Assembly: GCA_951406725.2 (NCBI GenBank)
Contig: OX597825.1
Coordinates: 41,354,001 to 41,418,000, forward strand
From: Octopus vulgaris
Lineage: Eukaryota
DNA: 64,000 bases
Reading direction: 5' to 3'
The notes below the pieces were generated by a model that was not told the DNA's origin, made no database searches, and saw only the letters and a list, made by a program, of their open reading frames with translations. This document shows positions 1 through 13,104 of the stretch, in pieces. The stretch's first letter is position 1, and each line of letters opens with the position of its first letter. Both the position numbers and the translations under genes were made by a program.

Positions 1-242
1 ACAACATTTGTTTCTATGCTGTTGCCTTAATAGAAATCTACCAATGAAATATTGGCACCCAGTTGTTGCCAAATCATATTTATTTATTTGATTATTCATA
101 AAATAATCTTATATAATGGTATGAGATGAAAACTCAGCAACTTAAAGCTTGTGCAAAACAAATGTAACTAAAACCTGTTGTTTCATTTGGCTATATCAAC
201 CTCATACATTTATATGTGTATATGTATATGTATGTGTATATA

Positions 243-284
<42 letters not shown>

Positions 285-285
<1 letters not shown>

Positions 286-660
286 TGAGGAAATATTATT
301 CCAAACTTACAGGGAAAAATTCAATTTAGAAATACTAAATCAAATTTCACAAAATATAAGATATATATATTAGAAAAAAATCACCTTTTATCAATTCAAT
401 AATGAAAAAATTAAATTATAACATTTAGAAAAATTACATCTAATAGAAAGATTAAATATAAGATAAAACATATACCAATGATTAAGTAATGTGCAAAATA
501 ATAAATAAAACGTAACCAAATATATACATTTTATTTATTATTTTGCTCATTACTTAATCACTGGTTTTTGTTTTATCTTATATTTAATCTTTCTATAAGA
601 TGTAATTTTTCTAAATGTTATAATTTAATTTTTTCATTATTGAATTGATTAAAGGTGGTT

Positions 661-675
<15 letters not shown>
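285..675. mobile_element. AT-rich palindromic insert (arms ~361-512 and ~525-675, plus a ~75-nt unpaired left extension) between (AAT)n and (TA)n
   Basis: tagaaaaaaatcacctttt...ataaataaaacgta is matched by its reverse complement tacattttatttatt...aaaggtggttttttcta with few mismatches. Microsatellites flank both sides. Confidence 0.8.
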
Positions 676-715
<40 letters not shown>

Positions 716-718
<3 letters not shown>

Positions 719-840
719 CCACTCACAAGGCTTCAGTCAATCTGGGCTGTAGCAGAAGACACTTGTCCAAGGTGCCATGCAGTGGATGTCAACCTGGAAT
801 TAAGTATTTGGGAAGCAAACTTCTTACTACATAGTCACTA
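716..840 (-). mobile_element. SINE family B, 5' fragment
   Basis: Matches the reverse complement of the heads of the copies at 45488 and 33045 (gcaccttgg(g/a)caagtgtcttct...gccttgtgagtggatt). Confidence 0.7.
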
Positions 841-1229
841 TGTCCAACATCTTAAAAAAACAGCAGTAAGAACATATAATTATTCAGTTACATATAACTC
901 TGAGCTGTGAGATGAAATTGGGGAAACTGCATTTGCTAGTTATAGATCCTTGAAGATTTTGGGTGTTCTGTGGGAAATAAAAGGGATAAGTCAAAAGAAA
1001 AAAATTATAATTTTACAATTTTATCAGCTAATTTTAATTTGTCATTTCATTTAACATGGAAAACTGATTTAAGTTTATTCTTTTATTTTGTTCAAAAGGA
1101 AGTCTAATAGGTATTGTTATGCAAAAGTTAGCCAATTTTTATGTCAGTTTCTGATATTGACTCCATTATATTCTGTTTCTATTTGAGTTGCTCTCTTTGT
1201 AAACATGAATTATTTAGTTGAACCAAAAG

Positions 1230-1445
1230 CAGTGAGTTGACAGAACCATTATCATGATCAGGACGAAAGGTATAGTGATATTTCATCCATCTTTACAATA
1301 TGAGTTCAAGTTCCACTGAAGTCACCTTTGCCTTCCATCCTTTCAGGTTTGATGAAATACATACCAGCCGTACACTGAGATCGATGCAATCAACTAGCCT
1401 CTTTCTCCAAAATTTTGGGCCATGTGTCTATAGCAGTGAAGAATA
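1230..1445 (+). mobile_element. SINE family A copy (degenerate)
   Basis: Core gagttcaag...ctttgccttccatcctttcagg..gatgaaa...accag is shared with the copies at 3803, 30237, 33940 and 61297. Confidence 0.7.
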
Positions 1446-2029
1446 TTTAGTTGAGCTGGTGAGATAGCATTTTACATATTGTTTCAGCTTGTGAGAAATA
1501 TCAATGAAATCTCTCAAATCACAACCTTTATTTGCCTAACAAGTCCTTGGGTTACTGGCACAGAAAACATGACAGCCTGGTCAGGACTGGAATATTTCCT
1601 CTGAGTTGACCTTTGGCTAAACAAAATCACGTATTTTGTTTTAAGCTTCTAAAAATAACAATCTTGGTAAGAATTGCCTCTCACATTTATCACAACTTCA
1701 TGCTGTGTTGTGCCAGATATTTATCAGAAACATTATTATATCAAATAACCCCTTTAAATTCTAACTAACACAATCACTAGAATTCAATAAAAGGAATCTT
1801 AAGTGTCACTCTTGTAATCTCATCTTCAATGTATAATGAGCAAGTGATAAATTACTGACAGCTCACTTGTTGATTAATATTACCATGGAATCAAAAGATT
1901 TTAAGGGTTTTTGTATCAACAAGTGTGAGCCATAAATTTATATGATTTGATTATTCAAGCAATGATCTTAATGACAAAATCCCAGCTTACAATGTGTAAA
2001 AGAGCTGTGACAATGTAAAAATTTAAATC

Positions 2030-2890
2030 ATCATGCAGTTTGGTGTTGTGCCAGAGAGAAGCACCACTGATACTATATTTCTGGTATGGCAGCTGCAGGA
2101 GGAATACATAGCCAAAGGTAAACCTCTGTACTTAGTCGTTGTTGTCTTGCTGAAAGCTTTTGACAGGGACCCCTGTTCCCTTATATGGTGGTCAACACAA
2201 AAACTAGGGATAGACAAATAGTTGGTGAGAGCTGTACAAGCTATGTACATGGATGCTACCAGTAAGGTGAGGGTTGACAAGGAATACAGCAAAGAATTCT
2301 GGATACAAGTAAAGGTTCACCAAAAATCGATGCTCAGCCCCCTTCTTGTTCATCATAGTACTCCAGGCAATAACAAAGGAATTTAAGATAGGCTGCCTCT
2401 GGGATCTCCTCTGCTGATGACTTTGCTCTTATTGCTGAATCATTACCTGAACTAGGGAAGTTCCAGGTATGGAAGCAAGGTCTAGAATCGAAGGGTCTTA
2501 GAGTTAATCTAACAAAAAACAAAGTCTTAGTAAGTAGGAAGGCAGACAAATCACAAATCCCTTCAGGTAGATGGCTCTGCTCAATCTGTAGAAGAGATGT
2601 AGGTAGAAACTCCATAAGATGCACCAGATGTAAGCTATGGACATATAAAAGGTGCAGCAATATCAGAGGAAGGTTTACAAGGAAACTAGCATTTGTATGA
2701 GGAAGATGCACAGGTACAATAAACAGTGAAAATATGCAGAAAATAGACTCTATTAACTACCAGTGGGACAAGCTAGAGGTAGTAACTTCCATTATCTAAG
2801 TGACCAGGTTAGTAGTGAAGGTGGATGCTCTGAGAGTATAGCTGTGAGAATAAGATTAAGCTGGGCAAAGATCAGGGAACTCCAACATTT
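2030..2890 (+). pseudogene. RTE-clade LINE reverse transcriptase fragment (stops and frameshifts)
   Basis: QFGVVPERSTTDTIFLVWQLQE...KAFDR, followed by SPLLFIIVLQAIT and ADDFAL. Homologous to 11957-12556. Confidence 0.9.
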
Positions 2891-3210
2891 AGCAGCCTTT
2901 CATAGCATTTTTCTTTGCAGATCCACTAACTGCAAGTGAACCATCATCCATGCAAACACACTTCTCTTCCACAATATCACATTTTTCGCAAGTACAGTGT
3001 CTTGCAAACTGAAACACTTCGAGCCACTGGTCCTCACATTGCAGAACATTGGCAAACTTCTTTTCTGCTTCCTCCCTGGTTATGTCAACCTGCTTTCTAG
3101 CTTCCCTTCTAGCTGACTAATATAGCTCCTTGCTACTGCCACCCTTCCAGTTCTCCCAAGCATGTTTCTTATCTCTAATGGCCTTGTCAACTCTACTGTT
3201 CCACCAGGCC
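2891..3210 (-). mobile_element. RTE LINE fragment (region upstream of RT), inverted relative to the adjacent copy
   Basis: Translation AWWNSRVDKAIRDKKHAWENWK is typical of the LINE ORF2 linker. Confidence 0.65.
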
Positions 3211-3264
3211 TGGCTGGGACTTTGCACCAACCACAAATTTGGCCTGGGGCTCTCTGAAAGTACT

Positions 3265-3650
3265 AAAGGGTTAAGTATCATATCTATAAATTTCCCTGTG
3301 CCTTTCCTTATTACCCCAAGTGCCTCAATGATAACAGTATCGTAGTGGTTTCCATTTTCCTCATTTTGACAATCTGCATCCCTGAGTTTTGTACTTACGC
3401 AGTTCATCAAGATTTTTGACAGCAATATTGTTGTTCATGAGGATAGCCACATCAATTAGGAGATAAATTTTATTCATATGCCTTTATTACTGTTATATCT
3501 GAGTGATTCGTCTTCTTGGTTCTGTTGGTATGAATTGCAGAATCCCAGAGAATGGTCTCAGTAACTTCCTGGGGAAGGTGTTCATTCTAGGTCTTAGTAA
3601 CTTTTTTCCACAATGTTTGCAGATTTTCTAATGAGAATATTGCTTTATTT
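3265..3650 (-). mobile_element. R4/Dong-like RLE LINE C-terminal fragment
   Basis: LWDSAIHT...PDI-like segment and VIIEALGVIRKG match the C-terminus of the element at 62820-64000. Confidence 0.55.
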
Positions 3651-3802
3651 GTTTATTGCTTTTTATACTTATTAGTAGCCATTAAAGAACATCTAAAGAC
3701 AAGGTGGTCAATCAGTTATCATCATCATCATCATCCTTATTATAATTATTATTATTATTATCATTATTATTATTATTATTATTATTATCATTATTATTAT
3801 TA

Positions 3803-4020
3803 AGTCAGTGAGTTGGCTGAATCATTAACACACTGGAAGAAATGCTTAGCAGTATTTTGTCTGTCACTATGTCCTGAGTTCAAATTCCACTATGGTTGAC
3901 TTTGCCTTTCATCCTTTCAGGGTTGATAAATTAAGTACCAGTCAATTACTGGGGTCAATGTAATCAAATATCCCCCTTTCAACAAATTTTAGGTTTTGTG
4001 CCTATAATAGAAAGGATTAT
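3803..4020 (+). mobile_element. SINE family A copy
   Basis: ggttgactttgcctttcatcctttcagggttgataaattaagtaccag core, flanked by (ATT)n. Confidence 0.8.
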
Positions 4021-4029
4021 TATTATTAT

Positions 4030-4580
4030 TGAGTGAAAGAGCAGTGCATGCCATCAAAGTGATACTGGGATAGAAAAATACAAAGCCCAATATACCATCA
4101 TGACTACCCATCTGCTAAGGGTACACCAGGCACATGCATCACAACCATATGTGTGTGATATATCATGATCCCAAATCAAGATAAATAGGACATGACCTTG
4201 CAGGTGGGGCTCAGAATTTTCTTCAGGTCGAGTGGCCATCCCACTCAAATGATCCCTGAATAAAGTTTGTTTAAAGATGATTAACAAAACACCCATTTTT
4301 CCAGAGGTGAATAATTCAAACCCCAAGGAGTTCCTCTCAACACAGCACTATGGTGTTCTCCCACTACTTCTGCTCACAATTAGATATGCACGTTCCATCA
4401 ACCACTAAGGGGCTGCTCAACTGGTTAAGGTCAAGTGACTGACAAGCAGATCTGTGGTATTAAGCAGAATATTTGCTGCAACCTATCTTTTATACTAAGA
4501 GAAAACATAGATGATAGCACTTTCAATCAGTTAAGATCAGAAGCTATAAGAGCCACTGCCTGGTACTGCATCAGGGCATT
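4030..4580. repeat. Probable unclassified interspersed repeat between (ATT)n tracts
   Basis: Higher-GC block sharply bounded by ATT microsatellites. No second copy in the window. Confidence 0.35.
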
Positions 4581-4659
4581 TATCATCATTATTATTATTA
4601 TTATTGCTGTTGTTATTGTTCGAAAGCTGTTACATGCTACATTAATTAGCATATTATCC

Positions 4660-6510
4660 TGGGGTTTGGCAAAGAAAAGTCTTTCCAAATCTCAAGCTCT
4701 CTCTTGAGTTTCTTGCAAAATATAGGATGATACTTTTCTGCAGGTCAACAATACCTTTCTCAGTTCCAGTTTGTCTTTTAGTGTCTTAGGTAGCAGTTTG
4801 GAGTTTTGACTGAATGCACCAATTACAACTGGAACAACTTCCACTTTTGTCTTCCACAATCTCTTCATTTCCTTGGATAGATCCTGATATTTCCCAATTT
4901 TCTTGGTATCCACTCTGCTATCATACTGTTTCAGCAGTATAACCAATCCTTTTAGAGAAATCCTGTAAATATCATTCACCATTTCAATTTCTGGATCTGG
5001 CTCACATACTATTTCTTCATCACTTTGAAGCCATAAATTGGGCTAACATACCAATACACTCTTTCACTTTAACAATCATATCTGAGTTTATATATTTTTG
5101 TACTTGTCTGCTGCAACTTCTTAAGATGGTTAATAGAAATAATTACATCTTTTTTTCCAAACATCCTGCATTTGCTTTCTGCTTGATTTTGCCAATTTTT
5201 ACTTCATCAAGTTCATTCAAAGGGTTTGTTTCTGAACAACTATAATCAATGATTTGGTTTCTCGTTTCAGATTTTCATCTCTCAGTCACAACTAGTGTTC
5301 TTTATTTCAAACATCCTCAGTTTATTACATGAACTGACCATGCAATTCTCTTTCCAGCTATTTGTCCTGTCTTTCTTCTTCTGTTCTTGAACATTTTGGA
5401 TATACATGGCTACAGACGGTACTCTTACTTCACCACATACAAAATAATTTTTCAATCCCAATATTGCAATACTAATGGTATGTTCTATTTTTAACAAACC
5501 TCTGCCTCCTTTTCTTCTTGGTATGTAGACTGTGTTGATAGTCTTTTTAAGATATTGTACTGTGAGCAGCTTAGTTCTTCTGTTCAAAACCTGTAACTTT
5601 GTCTTTGTCTACTTTAGAAAAGAAACAAAATATCTCAACATTGGCTTGGCCCACATATTGATTGCATTGATAACATTCCTTTCATTAAACTTTGTTTCAG
5701 GCATTTTCCTAATCCTTCTGTTATACTTTTTGGAAGCTTTCTCATTTCTTTTTCCTTCAACTTATCATCTTGCAATACCCCTAGGTGCTCGTATCCTTCA
5801 TTATCTCACAGCAATCTAGTAATATCATCTTGTGATATCTTTATACAATCAAATTTACTCTTTTATTCTATCTTCATAATTTAAATGGCACCCTTATTCA
5901 CTCTAAAATCTGCATACCAATATCCTTGCTTAACACTCTTACTGTTTGGAGAAGAGAGTTCAGGTTTTTCATAATTGGTGTATAGTTTGTGGTCATTCAC
6001 AAATGACATGATTTATTCTCACTCTGCTATAAGAAAACCAGTTTGAATTTTCTCAGTGTTCTTCTCAAAAGAAGTAACATGATCCCACAAAGTAACAGAC
6101 AGTGCAAGTCTCTCTGAAACATCCTCCCACATATTCTTACCCTTCCTTATGATTCAAGTCAGCATTTTAGTTCAACTTTTCATGATCTCATTGCCTTTTC
6201 TAAAATCTATTTTCATCTACTCATTGTCCCTGAGTGTCTCTAGGAACTCCAAAAGGTAACCGTATGATGCATTATTGCATGCTTTCTTGTAATCTATTCA
6301 ATCCAGTTAATTTCTTTCTTATTTGCATTTCACTTAGTATCATACTAATGATTTGCAATTCCCTCTAACTTCTTTCTGCATCCTTATTCCATTTTCTGGT
6401 AATAGAGTTTTCTTCACTAGATGCCTATGCAATTCATCTATTATGAGGCCAGTTTGTAATTTCCAGAGTAACAGTAAGCATGTAATAGGCCTATAATTAC
6501 TGACAATTCT
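4660..6510 (-). pseudogene. Degraded R4/Dong-like RLE non-LTR retrotransposon (RT to endonuclease)
   Basis: KYQDLSKEMKRLWKTKVEVVPVVIGA, YIPRRKGGRGLLKIE, and upstream NYRPITCLL and DYKKA motifs. The 3' end lies near a (TAA)n tract. Confidence 0.85.
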
Positions 6511-9500
6511 TCATAGGAATAATAAATATAAAAGTATTATTCTGTGAAAAAAATTTAGGCTTGGGACATAATACATGATTCTGATTGCAGCGTAGTAAAT
6601 ATTTTGCTTAGCATTTCCCATAGACTGAATTTCTTCTCAAACATTTACATATTTGTCATGTTTATACTCGAGTGACACATTCCATATAGTTAATACATTT
6701 TAGCTGCAGAAGCCATAGCTGCTATTAAAGGATTAGACCCTAATTTTCTTTCTGCAATAGAAAAGCATACATAAAGATGATGATGATGAATATAAAAGAG
6801 CAGTCAGCACAAGTAATAACGGCGGAATTGAAGTATGAACCTTTTAACAACAGCAATCTTTACTTAGCTTAAGTGATTCCCATTTGTTAGCACAAAGTAA
6901 AGAAACCACAGAATAGTAGAATATTTTCAACATCATTCACTGGTTATCTGCTGAATGGGATCAAGTGAAAACCTCAATGGAAACACCTTTGATTCTGAAT
7001 CGAATGCTCTGTCAAATTCCAGTGAAAGCCCAATTCATGGCAGAATTTAGGTCACACAATTCCAGTACAAAAAATCTTTAGAATTATTTCACTTGGTGTA
7101 CTTCCTATTTCTGTTTGAATACTCAGAATAATATATCCCATCATAAATATTTCTAAAGGTTTTTAACATATGCAAATATACACCCTGTAGTAAAATGGAA
7201 TTTATAGAAATCTTTCATTTCAAGATTCCAATATATTAAGTTATACAACATTAAGAAGAAAATCCAAACTAAAAATATAACAAAGACATCACCCCTTTCT
7301 TAACTCCATGTAATCTATGGATTTTACCGGCAAAGACTTTCTCTGGCATACATCAATGTCACATTCATTCCATTTTAAATACATTTTGTGTTGGCAAGGA
7401 ATAATGTATGATTGATTCATGAGAAAGAATGTATGCACATACAAAGATACAATGTTCTATAAGCTTGCATGCATATAAGAAATTAAACCAATAGAATCGT
7501 TTTCAGTCTAATTGATTGTTTTTCGTTCAAACATTATGCTAACACTAGAATGATGAAAATAGATTATTACAAAACTGATAAAAATTAGGAAATTAAAACT
7601 ATTAACTTCAAACAACACCTCACCTATTATATTTCTGACTATCAACTAAATTCACAAGATGTAGATATGTATAACTGTAGACAAAATTAAAAGCTAGAGA
7701 TATTTCGTGTTCAGCTTATTAAAAATTAAATCTATCACGGTTCTGTAGTTGTACATGTTGGAATGTGACTTAGTCTAATATAGCAGTATTAAACTGTAAC
7801 AAATGCATCATGTTAGTTGAAATAGACATCGAAATACATATACCATAATATTTACTGTTCACATTTATTGTAATATAGTTAAAAATCATTTACCCAAAAT
7901 GCTTTGGACTGGAAAAAGACAAATTAGCTGAGTTGTTACTGCATCAGACGAAATGTTTTGTGCCATTTATTCTGGTTCCCTGCATAATGAGTTCAAATTC
8001 AACTTTAGATTTGTCTTTCATCCTTCCAGGGTTTATAAGGAACCAGTCAGTCCAGGGGTTAATTGGAGTGGAGGAAGAATTTAAGAATTTGGCCAGATGC
8101 ATTGCAGTGTTTGGTTTGTTTCCTCACATTTCAAGTTCAAATCCTGCAGTAACCTACTTTACCACTACCACATTGTCTTTGAGTACCTTTAGCAATGTCG
8201 TCCACTCTCTTGCAAGCATTTAGTTAAGATTTCCAATTTGAGAAATCTCCCACCTTTCCACTTGTCTGAAGAGGGTCGTGTGGACGACGTCTTTTTTTCT
8301 AACTAAAAAATTGTTTTGAATTTCAATTGTTTTCAGTTCCAGGATGATGGTATAAGATTTTGGAATAATTGTATACATGTGTCTATAAAGTGGGACAGCT
8401 TGGGGATAGAACCCATGCCTAAAACTGTTATCTATTCATATTCTATAAAACAGATTATATTTTCACTGTGAATGTTGTTTTATATAAAATTGATGCTAGT
8501 TCACTTTTGCACTTGTACAAATTCCCCTTTGGTTGCAAAACAGATCTACCTATTACATTTATGCACAGTGCAAATGACATAAGTGACATTACTCCCAGCA
8601 GTTGATGGCTTGATGCACAGCTAGTGATAGTAGGACATTTCCAAGGAATCTTCTGAACACTTTCTGAAATTCTATATTTCTAGTGCTTCTTTCCCTTAAA
8701 AATAAATTTGGGTTTTTGGCCTTCTCAGAATTTCAGATAAAGTATTACACTGAAAAACATTTTTGAAAAAGTCTTAGTTGTTTTGTTTTTTACTACTTAA
8801 TTTTGGTGCTGGGATCAGAAATGCCCTCAGAAATTTTCTTTCACATCAAGTGTTTTGTTGAACAGGAATTAAGTTTTTTACCAAAATATATCTATTTTGC
8901 CTTAAATACAATACTGAAATAAGAAAGTAATGCAAACCAAACAGTACTCTTTATTGTTTAACAAATATGTTGCACAAAATGTTTAATTACACATCTTAAG
9001 ACAGTTGTTTCTGCCAAAATAGAGCTTCAGCTACTCAGGAATCAAACTTTCTTTCTCCTTGCTGCTTTACAAGCATAACTTGCATCAGGACAATTTCTTT
9101 CCAGAGACAAGCAGTAATCAGCCATCATGGTTGTGTTTCGCCTACCTTGGTAACTAGTCTCCATGGTTGTGATGGAATTTGTCTCCTTTCTCATCACTTA
9201 TTGCACTATGATCTTCAGGGAAGTAGTTCAGATCAATGTGCAGGAAATGCATTTTTACACACATGTTGCAGCCCAGTGCTCAAAAACTGGTTTCCATGGT
9301 CTGCACAAGTTATTCATAATTTGGTGATTCCTGTTTCCCAGAAAATCAGTTGTAATTGCAACAGAAGCATCCCATGCTTCTTTTCCAACACCAGATACAA
9401 TATCCAAAAATTGCTCATCCTGCAATAGTCACCTAATCTGTGACCCACCAAATAGACCAATCTTAATTTTCTCACAAGACAAAGCTAGAAGCTTTCTAAT

Positions 9501-10479
9501 TAAGTATTTAAAATAGTCACTGTCTCAGTGTTTCAACACATGTTTTACACAGTGGGGTACCCAGGCTTTGTTTCGATCCCCTAGTTTCATGCCAAAGTAA
9601 GTAAACTAAGCCCTCATCACAAAATCTGTGATTTTGTTTTGCTGCCTAGGTAAAATGTAACATCCCTTCTCTTCCTCACATTTCCATTTCATGTACCATG
9701 ATTACCTCCCACTCCCAATCTTGTCCTCTTGCCTGGTCCCACTGTATCATTGGTTTCTGCTTGCCCCTGACCTGTGTGTTCTACCCACATGCCTTGTCTC
9801 ACTCTATTATTGCCATCTGCTAGCCCCCAACATGGGTGTTCCACCCATACATAACAAGAAAACTTTTCCCTTACCCTACCCCAACAAACCAGTTTGCATC
9901 TCTTCTCTTCCTCGCATTTCCTCTTTCATTCACTATGCCTAATTCTCACTCCTTGCCTAGCTCTCACTCCCCAATCATGTCCTTATACTTCTGTTCCTTT
10001 GTATCATTGCTCTCCAGTAGCCCCTCCAACTCCATATATACTCAGGTCTTTTGCTACTTATTCGCACTCTTTGATCACACTCCATTCATAATATCCTGCC
10101 ATTTATATTATGGCATTTGAACCTCAAGGGCATGCCCTGACACTTGCCACTATCTCTGTCTCTCTCTTCCTTTACTCAACTATCCATTTATAATTTGATC
10201 CCTGTTCCTTGTGAGCATGCCTGGCATTTTGCCATCATCTCCACCCTGTTGTCTTCCACTCTCTCTCCTTCTCCTTCACTTCTCTCAGGCTGGGCAACCA
10301 TGTACTTTCTTTGTGGTAGCACACTTTTATCTGTCTTCATTCCTGATCTTTCTCTCTCCAGCTGGGTAACCTTGTACTTCCGCATCAGCAAGACACCTAT
10401 ATGTGTCTCAATATAACCTTTTCATCATCACCTCCTCCAATGCCTCCTCCCCTCTTAAAAGTTTTTGTCTTGCAAGTAC

Positions 10480-10785
10480 TTGGTGACCCTGTCATTGCAG
10501 ATGCCATTTAAAAGGACCCAATTCACACTGTAAAGTGACTGATGTTCAGAAGGGCATCCAGCTGTAAAGGTCTTGCCAAAACTTATCTCACATGTGTTTG
10601 TGCCACATAAAAAGTGCTAAGTCCACTCTGTTGAGTGGTTGGTGTTAGGAAGGGCATCCAGCTGTAAAGATCCTGCCAAACAGTCACAAAAGTCTGGTGG
10701 CGGCTTCAGCCTGGCCAGCTCTTGTGGTACCATCCCACCTGTGCTAGCATGGAGAACGGATGTTAAATGATGATGATGATGATGG
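10480..10785 (+). mobile_element. RTE-associated 3' end / non-autonomous element ending in (TGA)n
   Basis: ggaagggcatccagctgtaaa motif occurs twice. Ends in gctagcatggagaacggatgttaaatgatgatgat, shared with 13105, 19250, 48733 and 62580. Confidence 0.75.
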
Positions 10786-10984
10786 AGTAGTACGTACATG
10801 TTTTTAAACAACTCTCATGCCCCTTCAGTGATGTAATTATTTATAAAGATTAGTACTTCCTAAACATACTGGGGTACTGAAAGTTGTAAGCTAGGTACAC
10901 TGTAAAAATAATAACAAAAAACATGAAAAGTAGAACTTGAAACTCTAAATATTATGCTTTTGCAATTTTAATTCAGTTACTAAA

Positions 10985-12850
10985 TCTCTTACGTGCCACT
11001 GGTATCACAGCTACAAATTTCATTGATGTTGATCGATTTTGATTTTGATTTTGATTTTGATTTTGATTTTCACTTGCCTCAACAGGTCTTCGCAAGTAGA
11101 GTTTTGTGTCCCAAGAAGGAAAGGTATGCATAAGTGAACTGGCTACATCCCAGGTAGAGGCCACGGGTTATGGTCTCACTTGTCCTGCCGGGTCTTCTCA
11201 CGCACAGCATACTTCCAAAGGTCTCGGTCTCTAGTAATTTCCTCAGTGAGACCTAAAGTTCGAAGGTCGTGCTTCACCACCTTGTCCCAGGTTTTCCTGG
11301 GTCTACCTCTTCCACAGGTTCCCTCAACCGCTAGGGTGTGGGCACTTTTTCACACAACTATCTTCATCCATTCTCGTCACATGGCCATACCAGCGCAAAC
11401 GTCTCTCTTGCACACCACGACTGATGCTTCTTAGGTCCAACTTTTCTCTCAAGGTACTTACACTTTGTCAAGTATTAACACTGACATTACACATCTGGCT
11501 TCATTTCTTGCAAGCTTACGCATATCCTCAGCAGTCACGGCCCATGTTTCACTGCCATGTAGCATGGCTGTTCGTACACATGCGTCATACAGTATGCCTT
11601 TTACTCTGAACGAGAGGCCTTTTGTCACCAGCAGAGGTAAGAGCTCTCTGAACTTTTCCCAAACTATTCTTACTCTAGCAGTTACACTTTCAGCACACCC
11701 GCCCCCACTACTGACTTGGTCACCTAGGTAACGGAAGGTATCAACTATTTCTAGTTTTTCTCCCTGGAATTTGGCGGAAGTTGGTCTCTGCGCATTTTCA
11801 GTGTTTACTGATCCTGAGCATCTGCCACATACAAAAACTATCTTCCTATTTAACCTTCCTTTGACATTGTTGCACCTCTTATGTGTCCATAGCTTACATT
11901 TGGCGCATCTTATAGAGTTTCTACCAATGCCTTTTCCACAGATTGAGCAGGGCCATCTATGAAGGCGTTTGTGATTTGTCTACCTTCTTACTTATTAGGA
12001 CTTTGGTTTTAGCTAGGTTGATTCTAAGGCCCTTCGATTCTAGACCTTGCTTCCACACCTGAAACTTCTCCTCCAGTTCTGATAGTGACTCTGCAATTAG
12101 AGCAAGGTCATCAGCATAGAGGAACTCCCAGGGGCAACCTGTCTTGAATTCCTCCGTTATTGCCTGGAGGACTATGATAAATAGGAGGGGGCTGAGGACT
12201 GAACCTTGGTGGACCCCTATCTCTACTCGGAATTCTTCACTGTACTCGTTGCCAACCCTCACCTTACTAGCAGCGTCCCTGTACATGGCTCGAACAACTC
12301 TCACTAACCATTCATCTATCCCTAGTTTCCTCATTGACCACCAGATAAGGGATTGGCGGACCCTGTCGAAGACTTTCTCCATGTCAATGAAAGCCAGGTA
12401 CAGGGGCTTATCTTTGGCTAGGTATTTCTCCTGCAGATGTCTTACCAGGAATATAGCATCAGTGGTACTTTTCCCTGACACAAACCCAAACTGCATCTCA
12501 TTTAAACTAGCTCTCTCTCTAATTAGTTGAGCTATGACCCTCTCTGTAACCTTCATTACCTAATCCAACAGCTTGATACCTCTGTAATTATTTGTATCTA
12601 GGGCGTCACCTTTACCTTTGTAGCAGTTGACTATTATGCTGCTACACCAGTCATTGGGTATAACTCCTTCGTGTATCACCTGGTTAACTATACGGGTGAC
12701 TAGGTTATAGCCAACACTACCAGATATTTTGAGCATCTCTGCAGTAATTCCTGATGGGCCTGGGGCTTTCCTTGTCTTCATGCTTCTAATTGCCTTAACT
12801 ACCAAGGAACTGTCAACTCGGATAGCTGGTCCCTCTGTTGGGTCAACATT
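10985..12850 (-). pseudogene. 5'-truncated RTE-clade LINE: RT domain, PHD-like finger and 3' region
   Basis: ORFs 12560-12805 and 11957-12556 are in frame across one TAG. Motifs NYRGIKLL, QFGF, DMEKVFDRV, GVHQGSVLSPLLF and YADD. Confidence 0.95.
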
Positions 12851-12889
12851 AAAGAAATAGATACACTGTAATTTTGTTTATATTATGTT

Positions 12890-13095
12890 GGTTTCTAATT
12901 TTGGTACAAACCAGTAATTTTGGGGAAGGGGTTAAGTCAATTACATTGACCCCAGGGCTCAACTGGCACTCATTTTATTGACCCTGAAAGGATGAAAAAC
13001 AAAGTTAACCCTGGTGGAATCTGAATTCAGAACTTTAAAATAGATGAAATGCTGCTAAGCATTTCTACTAACAATTTTGCCAGCTTGCCACCTTT
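12890..13095 (-). mobile_element. SINE family A copy
   Basis: Reverse complement of the family A core (ttttattgaccctgaaaggatgaaa...gttaacc). Confidence 0.75.
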
Positions 13096-13104
13096 GACTT
13101 TATC

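Noticed and set aside
6600-7050. Possible pogo/Tigger transposase relic (NIIHWLSAEWDQVKTS)
   Set aside because: One short motif resemblance only. No TIRs or catalytic residues could be identified.
9050-9480. Possible Tc1/mariner relic on the minus strand
   Set aside because: Only a faint PDLN-like segment. Too degraded to support.
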